A stretch of 64,000 nucleotides of DNA from a virus (IMGVR_UViG_2565956771_000001:24-64023); one strand, 5' to 3'. Shown: positions 51,945 through 62,205, numbered from the stretch's first letter. Made by a program: numbers and translations. Notes: generated by a model not told the origin, from the letters alone.

Positions 51945-52897
51945 GAAGCACCTCCTTCGAAGTCGATGCTGAACAGGAAGGTCTGTCCCTCACGTTTGCA
52001 GCAGCTATAGGGACGCCACAGCGACCAGGCGTAGCCGCCATCCGCGCTCTGTACCGGATCGCTGGGGAAGATGGCGCACGTGGGCTGCACCTGGGGGTAG
52101 AGCAATTGCCATTTGTGGGTCGAAGCGTCGTTTTCAACGATCGGGCCAGGCGGCCAGTAGCCGTCGCGTTTGGCGGGCGTGAGTGGTAAGTACACATGCG
52201 GCTGCCAGTTGTGGGTAATCACATCGCCGGCGCGTTGCGCCATGACTGCGGCCGCCTTGAAATCGTCGGGCTGTACCAGAAAGCCCTGCCGGGGATAAAC
52301 GTTGCCCCACATGTTTCCCGAGACCTGACGACCAATTTCACGGATCCCCGGCATGAGCGATTCGGGGTAGAAACTTTCTGGGATGCCATGGCGCCAGGCC
52401 AGTGAGTCCAGGGTACTCAGGTAGTAAGGCATTAATGCAGTTGCACCGCTGGCGCAGGCATAGCCGGATTGCGAAGCCAATTGCGTTGCGACCCAGCCAC
52501 CGGGGTGGCCGATGCCATCAACGTTCTTGAATCGAGGCAGGTTGTCGCGGCGGGCGTTCGGCGTGATCAGGTTGCCGCCACCTTCTGCACCGCTGATGGG
52601 AGCGGAGAGGGTGGTCATCTCGGTCCAGGGGTTATTGCCGGTGGTGGCGTAGCTCGAGACGACCAGTTCAGGAATGAAATGACGAACCTTGGTCGAGGTT
52701 TTGACTGTGCAGCCGAAGGGCGTGCAGAGTAGCCAGAAACAAATGCCGACGACCCTGTATTCGAGACAGTTTGGCGAAAGCACGGAGGAGGTGATGCTGA
52801 CGGTGTCCAGCGCCATGCTTGGGCCGCACGCCAGCAGAATGCTTAGCGCCAAGGGCCTTAGTTTTGTGGGCGGAAGTGACGAGCAGGCAACAGGCAT
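51941..52897 (-). CDS. ICE protein, TIGR03756/PFL_4710 (TraU-like)
   Basis: CLEYRVVGICFWL; WGNVYPRQG; WRPYSCC. Confidence 0.88.
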   Translation of the reverse strand: MPVACSSLPPTKLRPLALSILLACGPSMALDTVSITSSVLSPNCLEYRVVGICFWLLCTPFGCTVKTSTKVRHFIPELVVSSYATTGNNPWTEMTTLSAPISGAEGGGNLITPNARRDNLPRFKNVDGIGHPGGWVATQLASQSGYACASGATALMPYYLSTLDSLAWRHGIPESFYPESLMPGIREIGRQVSGNMWGNVYPRQGFLVQPDDFKAAAVMAQRAGDVITHNWQPHVYLPLTPAKRDGYWPPGPIVENDASTHKWQLLYPQVQPTCAIFPSDPVQSADGGYAWSLWRPYSCCKREGQTFLFSIDFEGGAS

Positions 52898-53002
52898 TAT
52901 CCAGGCTCTCGGTGTATGGCCTGGGCAGGTTCGGTTAGGGACTGAAGACTGTCAGTGGGAATTATGAAGGCGGATCTATCGGATTTGTGAGGCGTGGGTC
53001 TA

Positions 53003-53257
53003 TTATTTGACGTGAAGGGAGCTGCGCAGGGTATCGGCGTCTACAAGTAGTTGATCTGTGGTGATTTCGAAAATATTGGCGAGTTTGCACAGGACCAACA
53101 GCGAGGGGTTGCCCGCGCATCGTTCGATTTGGCTGACGTAGGTGCGATCCACCTCGGCCATGAGCGCCAGCTGCTCCTGGGTAAGGTTCTTTACGCGCCG
53201 CATCCAGCGGATGTTCTCCGCCAGTTGCAGACGAAGTTGTTCGTAGTCTTGAGTCAT
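53003..53257 (-). CDS. XRE-family HTH regulator
   Basis: NLTQEQLALMAEVDRTYVSQIERCAGNPSL. Confidence 0.9.
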   Translation of the reverse strand: MTQDYEQLRLQLAENIRWMRRVKNLTQEQLALMAEVDRTYVSQIERCAGNPSLLVLCKLANIFEITTDQLLVDADTLRSSLHVK

Positions 53258-53426
53258 GCGCGCAAATTGCGCCTTGAGGGACTCTCAATCCACGGGATAT
53301 AGTCTACATTGGCATTCAACTAGGCCATTTGGTGTTCATGCCTGGTATCGAGCGTTCATTTGGTGTCGTTACGCTTTTCGAAGCTGCGCCCAGCATCTAA
53401 CAATAAATCAGAAATTTAGGGTGTGT

Positions 53427-53684
53427 ATGGACCAAAACTACATTTCAATTCCTGCGGCGGATGGTTGCCCAAGTCTTCTGACACCTTGGGGCAGCGAATT
53501 TTCGCCGATGATCGAGCGTGGTGTGCAATGTGCCCAGGCTTGGCTTGAGGCAACGACCGATATTCCTTTGTGGTGGGAACTGGCGCAAACGCGCAAGACC
53601 TTTCCTGTCGGTGACTGCCAAGATGCCTTCGAAGCCGGTTTTCTGTTGAGAATTCAGCAACGGCTTCGGAGCGTGTCACAGTAA
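53427..53684 (+). CDS. QslA-like (LasR antiactivator family) protein
   Basis: IPAADGCP...GVQCAQAWL...LWWEL...DAFEAGFLLRIQQRL resembles the QslA family as recalled. Confidence 0.6.
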   Translation: MDQNYISIPAADGCPSLLTPWGSEFSPMIERGVQCAQAWLEATTDIPLWWELAQTRKTFPVGDCQDAFEAGFLLRIQQRLRSVSQ

Positions 53685-54049
53685 CCCTGTTGCTTATGGG
53701 CGATTGCATCGTCTTGATCGCCCGTTTGCACTCAACCTGGCTGCATCGACACAGACCATGCAGTTTAAGAACGATTGCCGCTTCGCTGGCGCGTTTTTTC
53801 CACCGGCTGAACAACTCGGTGGGGGATTGTGCTTCCCTTATTTGGGCGCTGCACCAAGGGCGGCACTTGCTTCAAATGCCACCGGTCATGCATCGAACGT
53901 GAAAATCTCTTGAAAGGTATGGTTCCAGACGCCATTCCTCTAGAATGAAGGCTGACAGAAGTAGCTTTCGCCCTGTTACAAACAGGTTTACGTAGCTAAG
54001 ATTCTGATTAAGTGCAGATTCTGCACGCTCTGAGAACGTGGAGCGCGAT

Positions 54050-54298
54050 ATGAAAGCCAAACGAGTGTTGAGTGACGATCTGGTGAGCCGACTGGAGGAT
54101 AAGATCCCGGTCATGGCTGAAGGCGCCATCAATACCGCCTATATCAACGCCCTGGCTGCCGGCCGCAGTGTGATGGAAGTCATGAACGGCATGCTTGTTG
54201 AAACGACTGCTGACGGTAAGCACAAAGTCATTCGGGTGGCCAAGCCCAAGCACAAAGTGACTCTGGGTGGCGTCATTAAGGTGCGCCGTTGCTCATGA
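54050..54298 (+). CDS. Small protein coupled to the zeta-like kinase (candidate antitoxin)
   Basis: 82 aa; ATGA overlap with the downstream gene. Confidence 0.65.
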   Translation: MKAKRVLSDDLVSRLEDKIPVMAEGAINTAYINALAAGRSVMEVMNGMLVETTADGKHKVIRVAKPKHKVTLGGVIKVRRCS

Positions 54299-55029
54299 CT
54301 GTCCCTCGGTTGAGGGTCTTTGCTGGACCCAACGGCTCCGGCAAGAGCACGATGAAGAGTGCCATCCCTTCCCACCTGATCGGTATCTACATTAACCCGG
54401 ATGAAATCGAGAAGGCTGCCAAAGACAGCGGTCGTCTGGAGTTCAGTGATTTTCAACTGGAAGTTGAGGGTGATGAGGTCCTCGGTTTCATTAGGGAGCA
54501 TCGGCTGGTCAGGTCTGCCCGGCTCGATGAGGAGGCGACCAACATAGGCTTTAGCAGCAACGGCCTGAATTTCCAGACGGTCGCGATGAACTCCTATTTT
54601 GCCTCCGTGCTCTCTGACTTCATCCGGAACAAGCTCCTCGAAGACCAGCTGTCTTTCACCTTCGAAACGGTGATGTCTAGCGACGACAAAATCGCTTTTA
54701 TGCTCAAGGCAAGAGAGTCTGGATACCGAACCTACCTGTACTTTGTGGCAACTGAAGACCCTGACATCAATATCAACAGGGTCAGGAACCGTGTCGCGGC
54801 AGGTGGGCACCCAGTTCCCACAGAAAAAATTGTACAGCGCTACGGCCGTTGCCTGAGCCTGCTGCCTGTGGCTATTGCTGCTTCGGACCGGGCCTACATC
54901 TTCGATAACTCCGGTGCCGATCTGGTGCTGCTGGCCGAAGTTACGGATGGGACGGACCTTGAGTTCAAGGTTGATGAGGTCCCTGACTGGTTCATGGATG
55001 CCTACGTTGAAAAGGTGTCCAACGGCTAG
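54295..55029 (+). CDS. Zeta-toxin-like P-loop kinase
   Basis: VFAGPNGSGKST, INPDEI, SFTFETV, RVRNRVAAGGHPVP, IFDNS. Confidence 0.85.
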   Translation: MTVPRLRVFAGPNGSGKSTMKSAIPSHLIGIYINPDEIEKAAKDSGRLEFSDFQLEVEGDEVLGFIREHRLVRSARLDEEATNIGFSSNGLNFQTVAMNSYFASVLSDFIRNKLLEDQLSFTFETVMSSDDKIAFMLKARESGYRTYLYFVATEDPDININRVRNRVAAGGHPVPTEKIVQRYGRCLSLLPVAIAASDRAYIFDNSGADLVLLAEVTDGTDLEFKVDEVPDWFMDAYVEKVSNG

Positions 55030-55066
55030 CTGCCGGATTGGCCAAGCTGGGAGCGCCACACCTCCC

Positions 55067-57820
55067 TTATATGGGCTCTATTCCTCGTGCGCTATCGATC
55101 CGTTCAGCTACCCGGTAAGCCGCTTCCAACTCCGAACAGCCATTCTCCTGCATCAGTGTCCAGCGTTCGGCTTTTTCCTCGGGCTCTGTCATGGCCAAAG
55201 CGAGGTAAAGACTGGGTGGCACGGCTCGAAACAGCGTCTCGAGCTTTTTCGACAGCACCACTCCCTCGGTGTATTTCCCCGGCTCTTTGCTGGCGGAGAG
55301 CAACAGGGCTTTCTGCGCAGGTGAAAGCTTCTTGAACCGTGCGATTTCTTCGATTTCCGCGGGCGGCATATTCAAACAAATCCACCATTCGATCATGTTG
55401 AGCATGGTCTGCGCAGCCGTGGGAAAATCAGCAAGGTTCTGCGTCGCCAGCCAGAACCAAGCGCCGAGCTTGCGCCACATCTTCGTCCCCTTGACCACGA
55501 ACGGCGCCAGCAACGGGTTCTTGGTGATGATATGACCCTCGTCGGTGACCATGATGATCGGTCGGCCCAGGTACTGGTCGCGCTCGGCGAGGTTGTTCAC
55601 GGTGTTCATCAAGCTGATGTAGCTGATGGACATCTGTGCCTCGTAGCCTTCGCGCGCGTAAGTGGCAAGGTCGACAATGGTCACATCGCTCTCGGGCCAA
55701 GGCGTGCCTTCGCGATCGAACAGTTCACCCTCGAAACCCTGGCAAAATAGGTCGATGGACTCGCCCATTTCCTGGGCACGCTCGCGACGTTTCTCCGGCA
55801 AGTGCGGGTCGGCGGCGATGCCCAGCAAGGCGTCGCGTACGTCGCGGGTCAGTACCTGGCGACCCGCCGCGACGCAGGTCTGCGCCGCATCGAGAATGCA
55901 CTCGCGGATCAAGCTGCGATCGGCTCGACTCATGCGCGCCTCTTCTTTGGCCTCGCCGCCGGTGATCATCAGGCGGGCAGTGATTTCCAGTTCGCCGAGA
56001 ACATCGCGCTGGTCTTCGTGACTGGTTACCACCTCATCGTCCAGCTCATCGATCGACAGACTCGCCACCTGATCCGGCTGCTCGACCAGGCGCCAAGCAT
56101 CGGCGAACGGGGCGAGACAGACCGAGGCGCCAGGTTTCAATTGGACCTTGTTGACCGACAGGCCCTGTGTCGCGAAGTAGTCTCCCTGCAAGCCGAATGA
56201 GTTGCCGGCCTCTACGATAAACAGGCGAGGGCGGTACACGGCCATGACCTGCATCAGTAGGGTGACCAAGGTCGCCGACTTCCCGGCACCGGTGGGGCCG
56301 AACAACAGCAGATGACCGTTCATGGCCCGATCCAGGCGTGACAATGGGTCGAAGCTCAATGGCGAGCCGCCGCGGTTGAACAGGGTGATGCCCGGGTGGC
56401 CGGTGCCGGTGCTGCGGCCCCAGACCGGAACCAGGTTCGCTAGGTGCTGGGCGAACATCAGGCGGGTGTACCAGTTACGCGTGTCGCGGGCCGGGTTGTA
56501 AGCCATCGGTAACCAACGCAGGTAGCTGTTGCAGGCGGCGACCTCATCGCCTTCACTTACCGGTTGCAGCCCCGCGCCCAACAGCGCGTTGGCCAGGCTG
56601 ACCGAGCGCTGGTGCAATTGCTGTTCATCGTGACCGCGTACGTAGAACGCCAGGGTTCCTCGGTACAGCTTGTGCTGGCGGCCGATGATCGCGCGAGCCT
56701 CTTCGACATCCTGACGAGTCTGGGTCGAGGCCAGGTTTTCACCGATGGCTTTGCGAGCTAGGCGGTTCAACTGATCCTCGAGTACATCCTGTGGTTTGAC
56801 CATTAAGGTCAGACTCGTCACCGTACCTTCGGGTAACTGGTCGAACAGCGCATTCACCGCGTCACCCTTGCGGGTTTCGCCGGTGAGTTGACCAATCGAT
56901 GGTGCCCGCCGCAGTTTGTCCACCACTATCACCCGGTGGGGTTGATCGTCGAAAAACCAGAGTCCGTGCTGCACATCCGAACGCGGTTCGTTGAAGAACA
57001 GCCGCTCGGCAAAGTCATGATCGAAGGGCAGATCCAGCGACTCACCGTCACCCGACTCCGGATAGGCCACGCGGCGGTAGAAATTTTCGGGCGCTTCATC
57101 AGTGAGCCTGGGGGCCGGATTGAACCAGGGCAATAACCAGGCATACAGACCTCGGCCATCGACTCGCGTTGAGTGCACCCCGCACGCCTGCAACGAAGCA
57201 CGGATACGTTCGCAAGCCTGTTGCAGGGATTGCACCGGGGTGAGTCCCGTCTCCTCAGCGTCAGATTCAAGCCAGCGATAGACCACCAGACGCACCCGTC
57301 GGTTATTGCCGCGCCAGGGCAGGCGCGTCACCACCTGATCCTCAAACAGACCACCGGGCTTGGCGATGGCCTTCAGATGACGGCGGCTGAGCTGCAAATA
57401 CGCCTCGGTGAAGACCGTACCTCGCGCGCTGTTCTGAATATAATCGGTGAGCTGGGTCAGGTAGGGTGTGAAGTCGTTGTCGTCTTGACAGAAAAACTGC
57501 GCCACCCAAGGCGCTTGATCCAGCTCGTCAAAGCTATCTTGCAGGGCGTCTTCGAGGGCGTCGCGGACCGCCATCAGCCAATCGGGTTCGCGCCCTTCGG
57601 TGCCGATGGGCAGCAACTCGAACACCGCACCCACCGAGCGATTGTCATCCAGTAGAAAACACTGCTGAGTGTCGAGGTATTCGACCCAAGGCAGGTAATC
57701 GGTGAAGCTGGGGTTGTGCGCATAGAGTGCGGCCTCATCGGCCAAGGTCGCGCGAGGGCGCAATGGATTGCGCCAGCCTTTCCACGTGGGAGTGCGATTG
57801 CCCGAATCGCCGCTACGCAC
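55067..57820 (-). CDS. virB4: Conjugative VirB4-type ATPase (PFL_4706 family)
   Basis: LLFGPTGAGKSA; VTDEGHII; KMWRKLGAW. Confidence 0.93.
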   Translation of the reverse strand: MRSGDSGNRTPTWKGWRNPLRPRATLADEAALYAHNPSFTDYLPWVEYLDTQQCFLLDDNRSVGAVFELLPIGTEGREPDWLMAVRDALEDALQDSFDELDQAPWVAQFFCQDDNDFTPYLTQLTDYIQNSARGTVFTEAYLQLSRRHLKAIAKPGGLFEDQVVTRLPWRGNNRRVRLVVYRWLESDAEETGLTPVQSLQQACERIRASLQACGVHSTRVDGRGLYAWLLPWFNPAPRLTDEAPENFYRRVAYPESGDGESLDLPFDHDFAERLFFNEPRSDVQHGLWFFDDQPHRVIVVDKLRRAPSIGQLTGETRKGDAVNALFDQLPEGTVTSLTLMVKPQDVLEDQLNRLARKAIGENLASTQTRQDVEEARAIIGRQHKLYRGTLAFYVRGHDEQQLHQRSVSLANALLGAGLQPVSEGDEVAACNSYLRWLPMAYNPARDTRNWYTRLMFAQHLANLVPVWGRSTGTGHPGITLFNRGGSPLSFDPLSRLDRAMNGHLLLFGPTGAGKSATLVTLLMQVMAVYRPRLFIVEAGNSFGLQGDYFATQGLSVNKVQLKPGASVCLAPFADAWRLVEQPDQVASLSIDELDDEVVTSHEDQRDVLGELEITARLMITGGEAKEEARMSRADRSLIRECILDAAQTCVAAGRQVLTRDVRDALLGIAADPHLPEKRRERAQEMGESIDLFCQGFEGELFDREGTPWPESDVTIVDLATYAREGYEAQMSISYISLMNTVNNLAERDQYLGRPIIMVTDEGHIITKNPLLAPFVVKGTKMWRKLGAWFWLATQNLADFPTAAQTMLNMIEWWICLNMPPAEIEEIARFKKLSPAQKALLLSASKEPGKYTEGVVLSKKLETLFRAVPPSLYLALAMTEPEEKAERWTLMQENGCSELEAAYRVAERIDSARGIEPI

Positions 57821-58236
57821 TACAGGTCTTCCTGACGTTCACCAGGTAATGCGTACTGCACACGTTGGTAGAACGGAAAGACGGTCGAGTAACCTGGGAT
57901 CGGTGCCTGCTCGGTACCACTCAGATGCGGATACACGTATAGCACCAGATCGGGATTGGGCAAGCGAGGGAACAGGTTGCGGATCTCGTTCGCCGCTGTG
58001 CGAGTGTACGGTTCCTGGAGAGAAAAGGAGAAATCTGCTTGAGCCAACGGGCGGCGTAACTGCTGCCGAGCATCCAGCAGTTGCTGCTGAGTGCCTTGCG
58101 AACCGGCGCCGTTCCAGATGTCCAGCATGGTTTGCTCTCCATGGGGCAGAAGCGTCTCCTTGTCGGTGGAGCACCCCGCCAGGACCCAGCAGAACACGCT
58201 AATCCAGGTCAGGCAGGGAGGCATGGTCTTTTTCAT
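57820..58236 (-). CDS. Conjugal transfer lipoprotein (TIGR03751)
   Basis: Lipobox VLAGC; FPRLPNPDLVLYVYPHL. Confidence 0.88.
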   Translation of the reverse strand: MKKTMPPCLTWISVFCWVLAGCSTDKETLLPHGEQTMLDIWNGAGSQGTQQQLLDARQQLRRPLAQADFSFSLQEPYTRTAANEIRNLFPRLPNPDLVLYVYPHLSGTEQAPIPGYSTVFPFYQRVQYALPGERQEDL

Positions 58237-59719
58237 GGCGAACGCTCCGGCCCTTGGGCTCGTAGTCGATGGTGATCTCATGGTCGAGGTGCAGCGCGAC
58301 TTGTGCTGCCGGTGGCACGTACACGGCAGCAAAGGCTTCGCCATACAGCTTGTTGACCCACTCGCGGATGTCGCTGACCCCGCCGCTGAGAATTGAATTC
58401 AGCGCGCTGTTGCCACTGCTACTGGTGACCCCGAGGGTACTGCCGCCTGAACTGATTACGCTGCTGTTGTTCCGCTCATCCCCGAGCAGGGCGGCGACAC
58501 CGGCGCCGGCGGCAGTGATCAGGCTCTGGCTGCCGAGGTATTGCTGAGCGTTCGAGCGGCGCTCGCCAGCGATGCAAGGAATGCCATACGGATCGGACAG
58601 GTAACCGAGTCCGCCGCGGATCTTGTCGGTGTTTGAGCTCTGGGTGGTGGAGGCAGTGCGGCTGGCTACTGCTTTCGGCTGAGGTACCGTGCGGATGGTG
58701 CCATCGGTAAACACAAAGGTGATTGACTCGACCTGTCCACGTACGCAAGACAGGGTCCAGTCACCGGACGCGGTGCCGCTCATTACGGCACCCGCGACGT
58801 CTGGCAGGTCGATGCCGTTGGCGGTCAGGTTCTCAGGGCCGACCAGCACTTTGAAGGGATAGGGATCATTCACAGTGCCGTCCACCGGGACGCGGCCGAT
58901 CAGCGCGGTCATGGCGACTGAGCCCATCAATGTCGCGTTTTCGGGGATGGTGTAGACCGGCTTCGCCCCTTCGGTTCGGTCAACGGATCGCGTCAGGTCA
59001 CGCTCACCCTTGGTGACTGCACGTAGCTGTTTCTGGCTGCGATCAATAGGATTGTCTTTCAAGCCTTCCAGTGAGTTGAAGGCGGTAGGCAGACTCAATG
59101 CGAGGGAGGAGGTCTTGGTTTTGCCTCGGGTGTCGGTGCCCGAAGCATCCGAGGGTTCAATCCACTGCAGCGCATCATTGGCAGGATGCTGTCCGTCAAA
59201 CTGAGCACCGTCGCCAGGCTCGAGCCCCAATCCGATTGGCATATCCTTGCCTTTGCCGGTCAGCCCCGACAACTGATCCTGCAATTGCGTGAGCAGGCCG
59301 CGAGCCTGACGACTGTCTTGTTCCGCTTTGAGTCGGGCCTCGTTGGCTTGGCGGCGGCCTTCGTCGACCTGCTGGGTCACACTGCCAAGCGCGGTCTGGA
59401 TACGCGAATCGACACTGTTTTCCCGCTCGCGTAGGCGGTTGTTTTCCGTCTGCAGTGAGTCATTGTGTTTCTTCAAACCGAGCATGTCGCTGCGCATGGC
59501 CTTCACCTGGCCGACCAGGGTGGCGACCGTGTCGCGTGGGGTATCGCCCGCAATGCCGAGCGACTTGGCTTGCTCGGCGGATAATTGAATATTGCCCTGA
59601 TCAACTGGGTGCTCTGGAGAAGGTGTGCTGCCACCCGGGACCCAGGTTTTCAGGATGATCAGTACCACGCCCAGCAGCGCAGCCGGTACCAGCCATTTGA
59701 GCAAGGCGTTAGCTTTCAT
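58199..59719 (-). CDS. ICE VirB10-like protein (TIGR03752/PFL_4705)
   Basis: YTIPENATLMGSVAMTALIGRVP; ASGDWTLSCVRG. Confidence 0.88.
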   Translation of the reverse strand: MKANALLKWLVPAALLGVVLIILKTWVPGGSTPSPEHPVDQGNIQLSAEQAKSLGIAGDTPRDTVATLVGQVKAMRSDMLGLKKHNDSLQTENNRLRERENSVDSRIQTALGSVTQQVDEGRRQANEARLKAEQDSRQARGLLTQLQDQLSGLTGKGKDMPIGLGLEPGDGAQFDGQHPANDALQWIEPSDASGTDTRGKTKTSSLALSLPTAFNSLEGLKDNPIDRSQKQLRAVTKGERDLTRSVDRTEGAKPVYTIPENATLMGSVAMTALIGRVPVDGTVNDPYPFKVLVGPENLTANGIDLPDVAGAVMSGTASGDWTLSCVRGQVESITFVFTDGTIRTVPQPKAVASRTASTTQSSNTDKIRGGLGYLSDPYGIPCIAGERRSNAQQYLGSQSLITAAGAGVAALLGDERNNSSVISSGGSTLGVTSSSGNSALNSILSGGVSDIREWVNKLYGEAFAAVYVPPAAQVALHLDHEITIDYEPKGRSVRHEKDHASLPDLD

Positions 59720-60521
59720 CGTCAGCACCTCGCGCAACGGGCGGTAGCAGCACGGCTTGCTCGAGGCCGGCACCGCGGGTGACAAGGTAGGCGATCGTGG
59801 TGTCTTCAGCGCTGCCGACAGGCCCGAGGAAAGCATGCTGGAAGGCCGCGGCGAACAGCTTGGCCTGAAGTCGACGTGGATCGAGTTGCACCGTCTCTGA
59901 ACCACGATTGCGCAATTTCACCGCCGTCACCCAGTAATCACCGAGTCGCCAGACGGCGATGGGTGTGCTGGACACGTTTTCGGTCGGCAGCAGGGTCGGC
60001 AGTTCGGTACGCAGCTTGAGCGGGACGCGGCGTACACCGGGCAGGGACTCCACGGTGCGCAGCGGCGCGTACAGGCTTTGCGCGGCGTAGCGCGTCAAAG
60101 CGACCGGGATCGGTGTGCGTTCTGGAACAGGGACGGTGCTAGATTCAGCCTCGGTAGCTTGCCCCTGAGCATTCTTGAGAATACGTACGGGCTCCAGCGG
60201 TTGATCGCCGGGAGTGGCCGCGATATCCAGGAGGATGATCTCGCCCGTCGTGACCGATTGCAGCTGCAGTCGGGTCGGTGCAATGGCTTCCGACGCTCGC
60301 AGGTACAGCGTGCCGCCGGTTGATTGCACACGCAGCTTGCCGGTCAGGGTTGAGGGCACACCGACGCGAACAGCCTCATCGATAAAGACCACTCGTTCCT
60401 GATTGATCACCAGCGGGACCGCGAGGGGGAGGCGTTCCCAGTGCATCAGCTCGACGGCCTGCGCTACAGCTCCCCATAGCATCAGTGCAACGGTGAGTCC
60501 CAGGGTAGAAATCCGCTTCAT
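59709..60521 (-). CDS. ICE protein (TIGR03749/PFL_4704)
   Basis: WERLPLAVPL; ALTRYAAQSLYAPLRTVE. Confidence 0.88.
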   Translation of the reverse strand: MKRISTLGLTVALMLWGAVAQAVELMHWERLPLAVPLVINQERVVFIDEAVRVGVPSTLTGKLRVQSTGGTLYLRASEAIAPTRLQLQSVTTGEIILLDIAATPGDQPLEPVRILKNAQGQATEAESSTVPVPERTPIPVALTRYAAQSLYAPLRTVESLPGVRRVPLKLRTELPTLLPTENVSSTPIAVWRLGDYWVTAVKLRNRGSETVQLDPRRLQAKLFAAAFQHAFLGPVGSAEDTTIAYLVTRGAGLEQAVLLPPVARGADDES

Positions 60522-61159
60522 GGCTCACCTCCAGGCAGGGAGATTTTTTGCGGAGTGCCCTGATAACAATCCAGTGCCAGCCCCCACTTATTGCGTTCGG
60601 GGTCCAGATCAAAACGCACCACGCGCAATGGATACCGCACCACCACCCGTTTCACCGGTTCGGCGGCGTAATATTCATCGGCATTGAGATCGAGCTTGAC
60701 CAGCCAGCTGTCGCGGTCGAGTTGCTTGACCCTGAGTTCCGGATCTTCGCTGTAGCCTCGGCCCAGAATTTCGTAGACGCCACGCACCCGCTGGCGCAGC
60801 TCGCCGGCGGCCTTGCGGTACTCATAATCACCGTCGAGGAAGGCCTTGCAGGCGGGTGTCAGGTAGGACTGCAAGCCATAGATGGCGCGGCGATAATCCT
60901 GCTCGCCATCCGAAGGCCAGCGGTTGAGTTGGCCAAAGATGTACAGGGCAAAGGCATAGACATTCTCTGGGGGGACATCCCACCACTTGCGAGTGCTGCC
61001 CGAGCGCAGATCCGGGGGGACATGCACCGTCAGATCGGTCGGTGCCGAGCGCCAGCCATACCAAAGTCCGGCACAGACCAGGGCCAGAATCACTACCGCC
61101 AGACGCAGGCTGAAGATGTGGGCGTGTTGGGCATCCACCTTGTTCCGAAAACGATTCAT
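60518..61159 (-). CDS. ICE protein (TIGR03746/PFL_4703)
   Basis: VHVPPDLRSGSTRKWW; IFGQLNRWPSDGEQDY. Confidence 0.88.
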   Translation of the reverse strand: MNRFRNKVDAQHAHIFSLRLAVVILALVCAGLWYGWRSAPTDLTVHVPPDLRSGSTRKWWDVPPENVYAFALYIFGQLNRWPSDGEQDYRRAIYGLQSYLTPACKAFLDGDYEYRKAAGELRQRVRGVYEILGRGYSEDPELRVKQLDRDSWLVKLDLNADEYYAAEPVKRVVVRYPLRVVRFDLDPERNKWGLALDCYQGTPQKISLPGGEP

Positions 61160-61569
61160 GGTTGCCACCGGAACAGGGCAGGGCGCAGTCGACGCGAACG
61201 GCGAATCGTCCAGGCGCCGGAGTGGAGAATCAAACTTCCGCGCCCCAGGCGCCAACGGCTGGCGAGTATCCATTCGAGCTTGCGGTACAACCAGGTCTCG
61301 GGGCGAGCCCGTTTGGCCCGACGCAAAAGCGTACCACCGGCAAATAACACCAGCGCCATGCTTGCGATCATGCTGGTCGGCGCAACGGCAATAGACGAGG
61401 TGACGATCCCTAGAGGAACGCCCAGCAGCAGGCCAATGGCGGCGCCAGTGCCGAGAGCTACCCACATCTCATCATTGGTCAAACCGCGCAGTACGGCAGG
61501 ATCGCGGTTGAGTCGCTCCGGCAGAAAGACCAAGGTGCCGTCGGCAAGGCGTTCGATAGTGTCGTTCAT
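61156..61569 (-). CDS. Conjugal transfer protein (TIGR03750)
   Basis: DGTLVFLPERLNRDPAVLRGLT; KRARPETWL. Confidence 0.85.
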   Translation of the reverse strand: MNDTIERLADGTLVFLPERLNRDPAVLRGLTNDEMWVALGTGAAIGLLLGVPLGIVTSSIAVAPTSMIASMALVLFAGGTLLRRAKRARPETWLYRKLEWILASRWRLGRGSLILHSGAWTIRRSRRLRPALFRWQP

Positions 61570-61576
61570 GTCGACC

Positions 61577-61948
61577 TCACAGAATCGCGGCGGCCTTGGT
61601 CAGGAACCAGATGATGATCACCACCAACAGGGCGCCGATGCCGACCACCGCGCCGAGGTCCTTCCAGGTCTTGCGCTGGTTCTGCACGTCGGCATAGACA
61701 GTTAGGGAATGCCAAGCCACCCCGAGAAAAGCGAGCAGGGCGATCAACAAACCGAGCAGGATGCCGCCGTCATAGGCGTAGTTTTTGATCGTCTCGATCA
61801 ACCCGGAACCTTCACCACGCGAAGGAGCCTCCATGGTGGGAAGCTCGGCAAAAGCCAGGCTTGGGCCGAGCACCAACAGCAGGCCGATCAAGCGCTGGCT
61901 GGCACGATCACGCAGGTTGTTTTTTAGAGGGGTAAAGCACTTGAGCAT
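61577..61948 (-). CDS. ICE membrane protein / pilin-like (TIGR03745)
   Basis: AELPTMEAPSRG; TWKDLGAVVGIGALL. Confidence 0.85.
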   Translation of the reverse strand: MLKCFTPLKNNLRDRASQRLIGLLLVLGPSLAFAELPTMEAPSRGEGSGLIETIKNYAYDGGILLGLLIALLAFLGVAWHSLTVYADVQNQRKTWKDLGAVVGIGALLVVIIIWFLTKAAAIL

Positions 61949-61965
61949 GGCAGTGATCTCCTGGA

Positions 61966-62205
61966 TTAGGACAGCGTGAAGAACATCAGGACTAGTAGGG
62001 CGAGCAAAACACGTGCGGCGCTGCCGCCAAACGCGCCGAAGCGCACACTGCCGGTGGCCCAGCCCCGGTAAGCCGTCCACATCACCCAGGTGCACCAGAG
62101 CAAAGCCAGGACGAGAACCAGGGACAACCAGAGTGTCGAACTGCTCTGTGCCGAGAAACCGGAGGCGTTTTGGAACGCTGCGGTCTGAGCGTCGGTCATG
62201 CTCAT
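61966..62205 (-). CDS. ICE protein (TIGR03758/PFL_4701)
   Basis: MTDAQTAAFQNASG...LWCTW...YRGWA. Confidence 0.85.
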   Translation of the reverse strand: MSMTDAQTAAFQNASGFSAQSSSTLWLSLVLVLALLWCTWVMWTAYRGWATGSVRFGAFGGSAARVLLALLVLMFFTLS

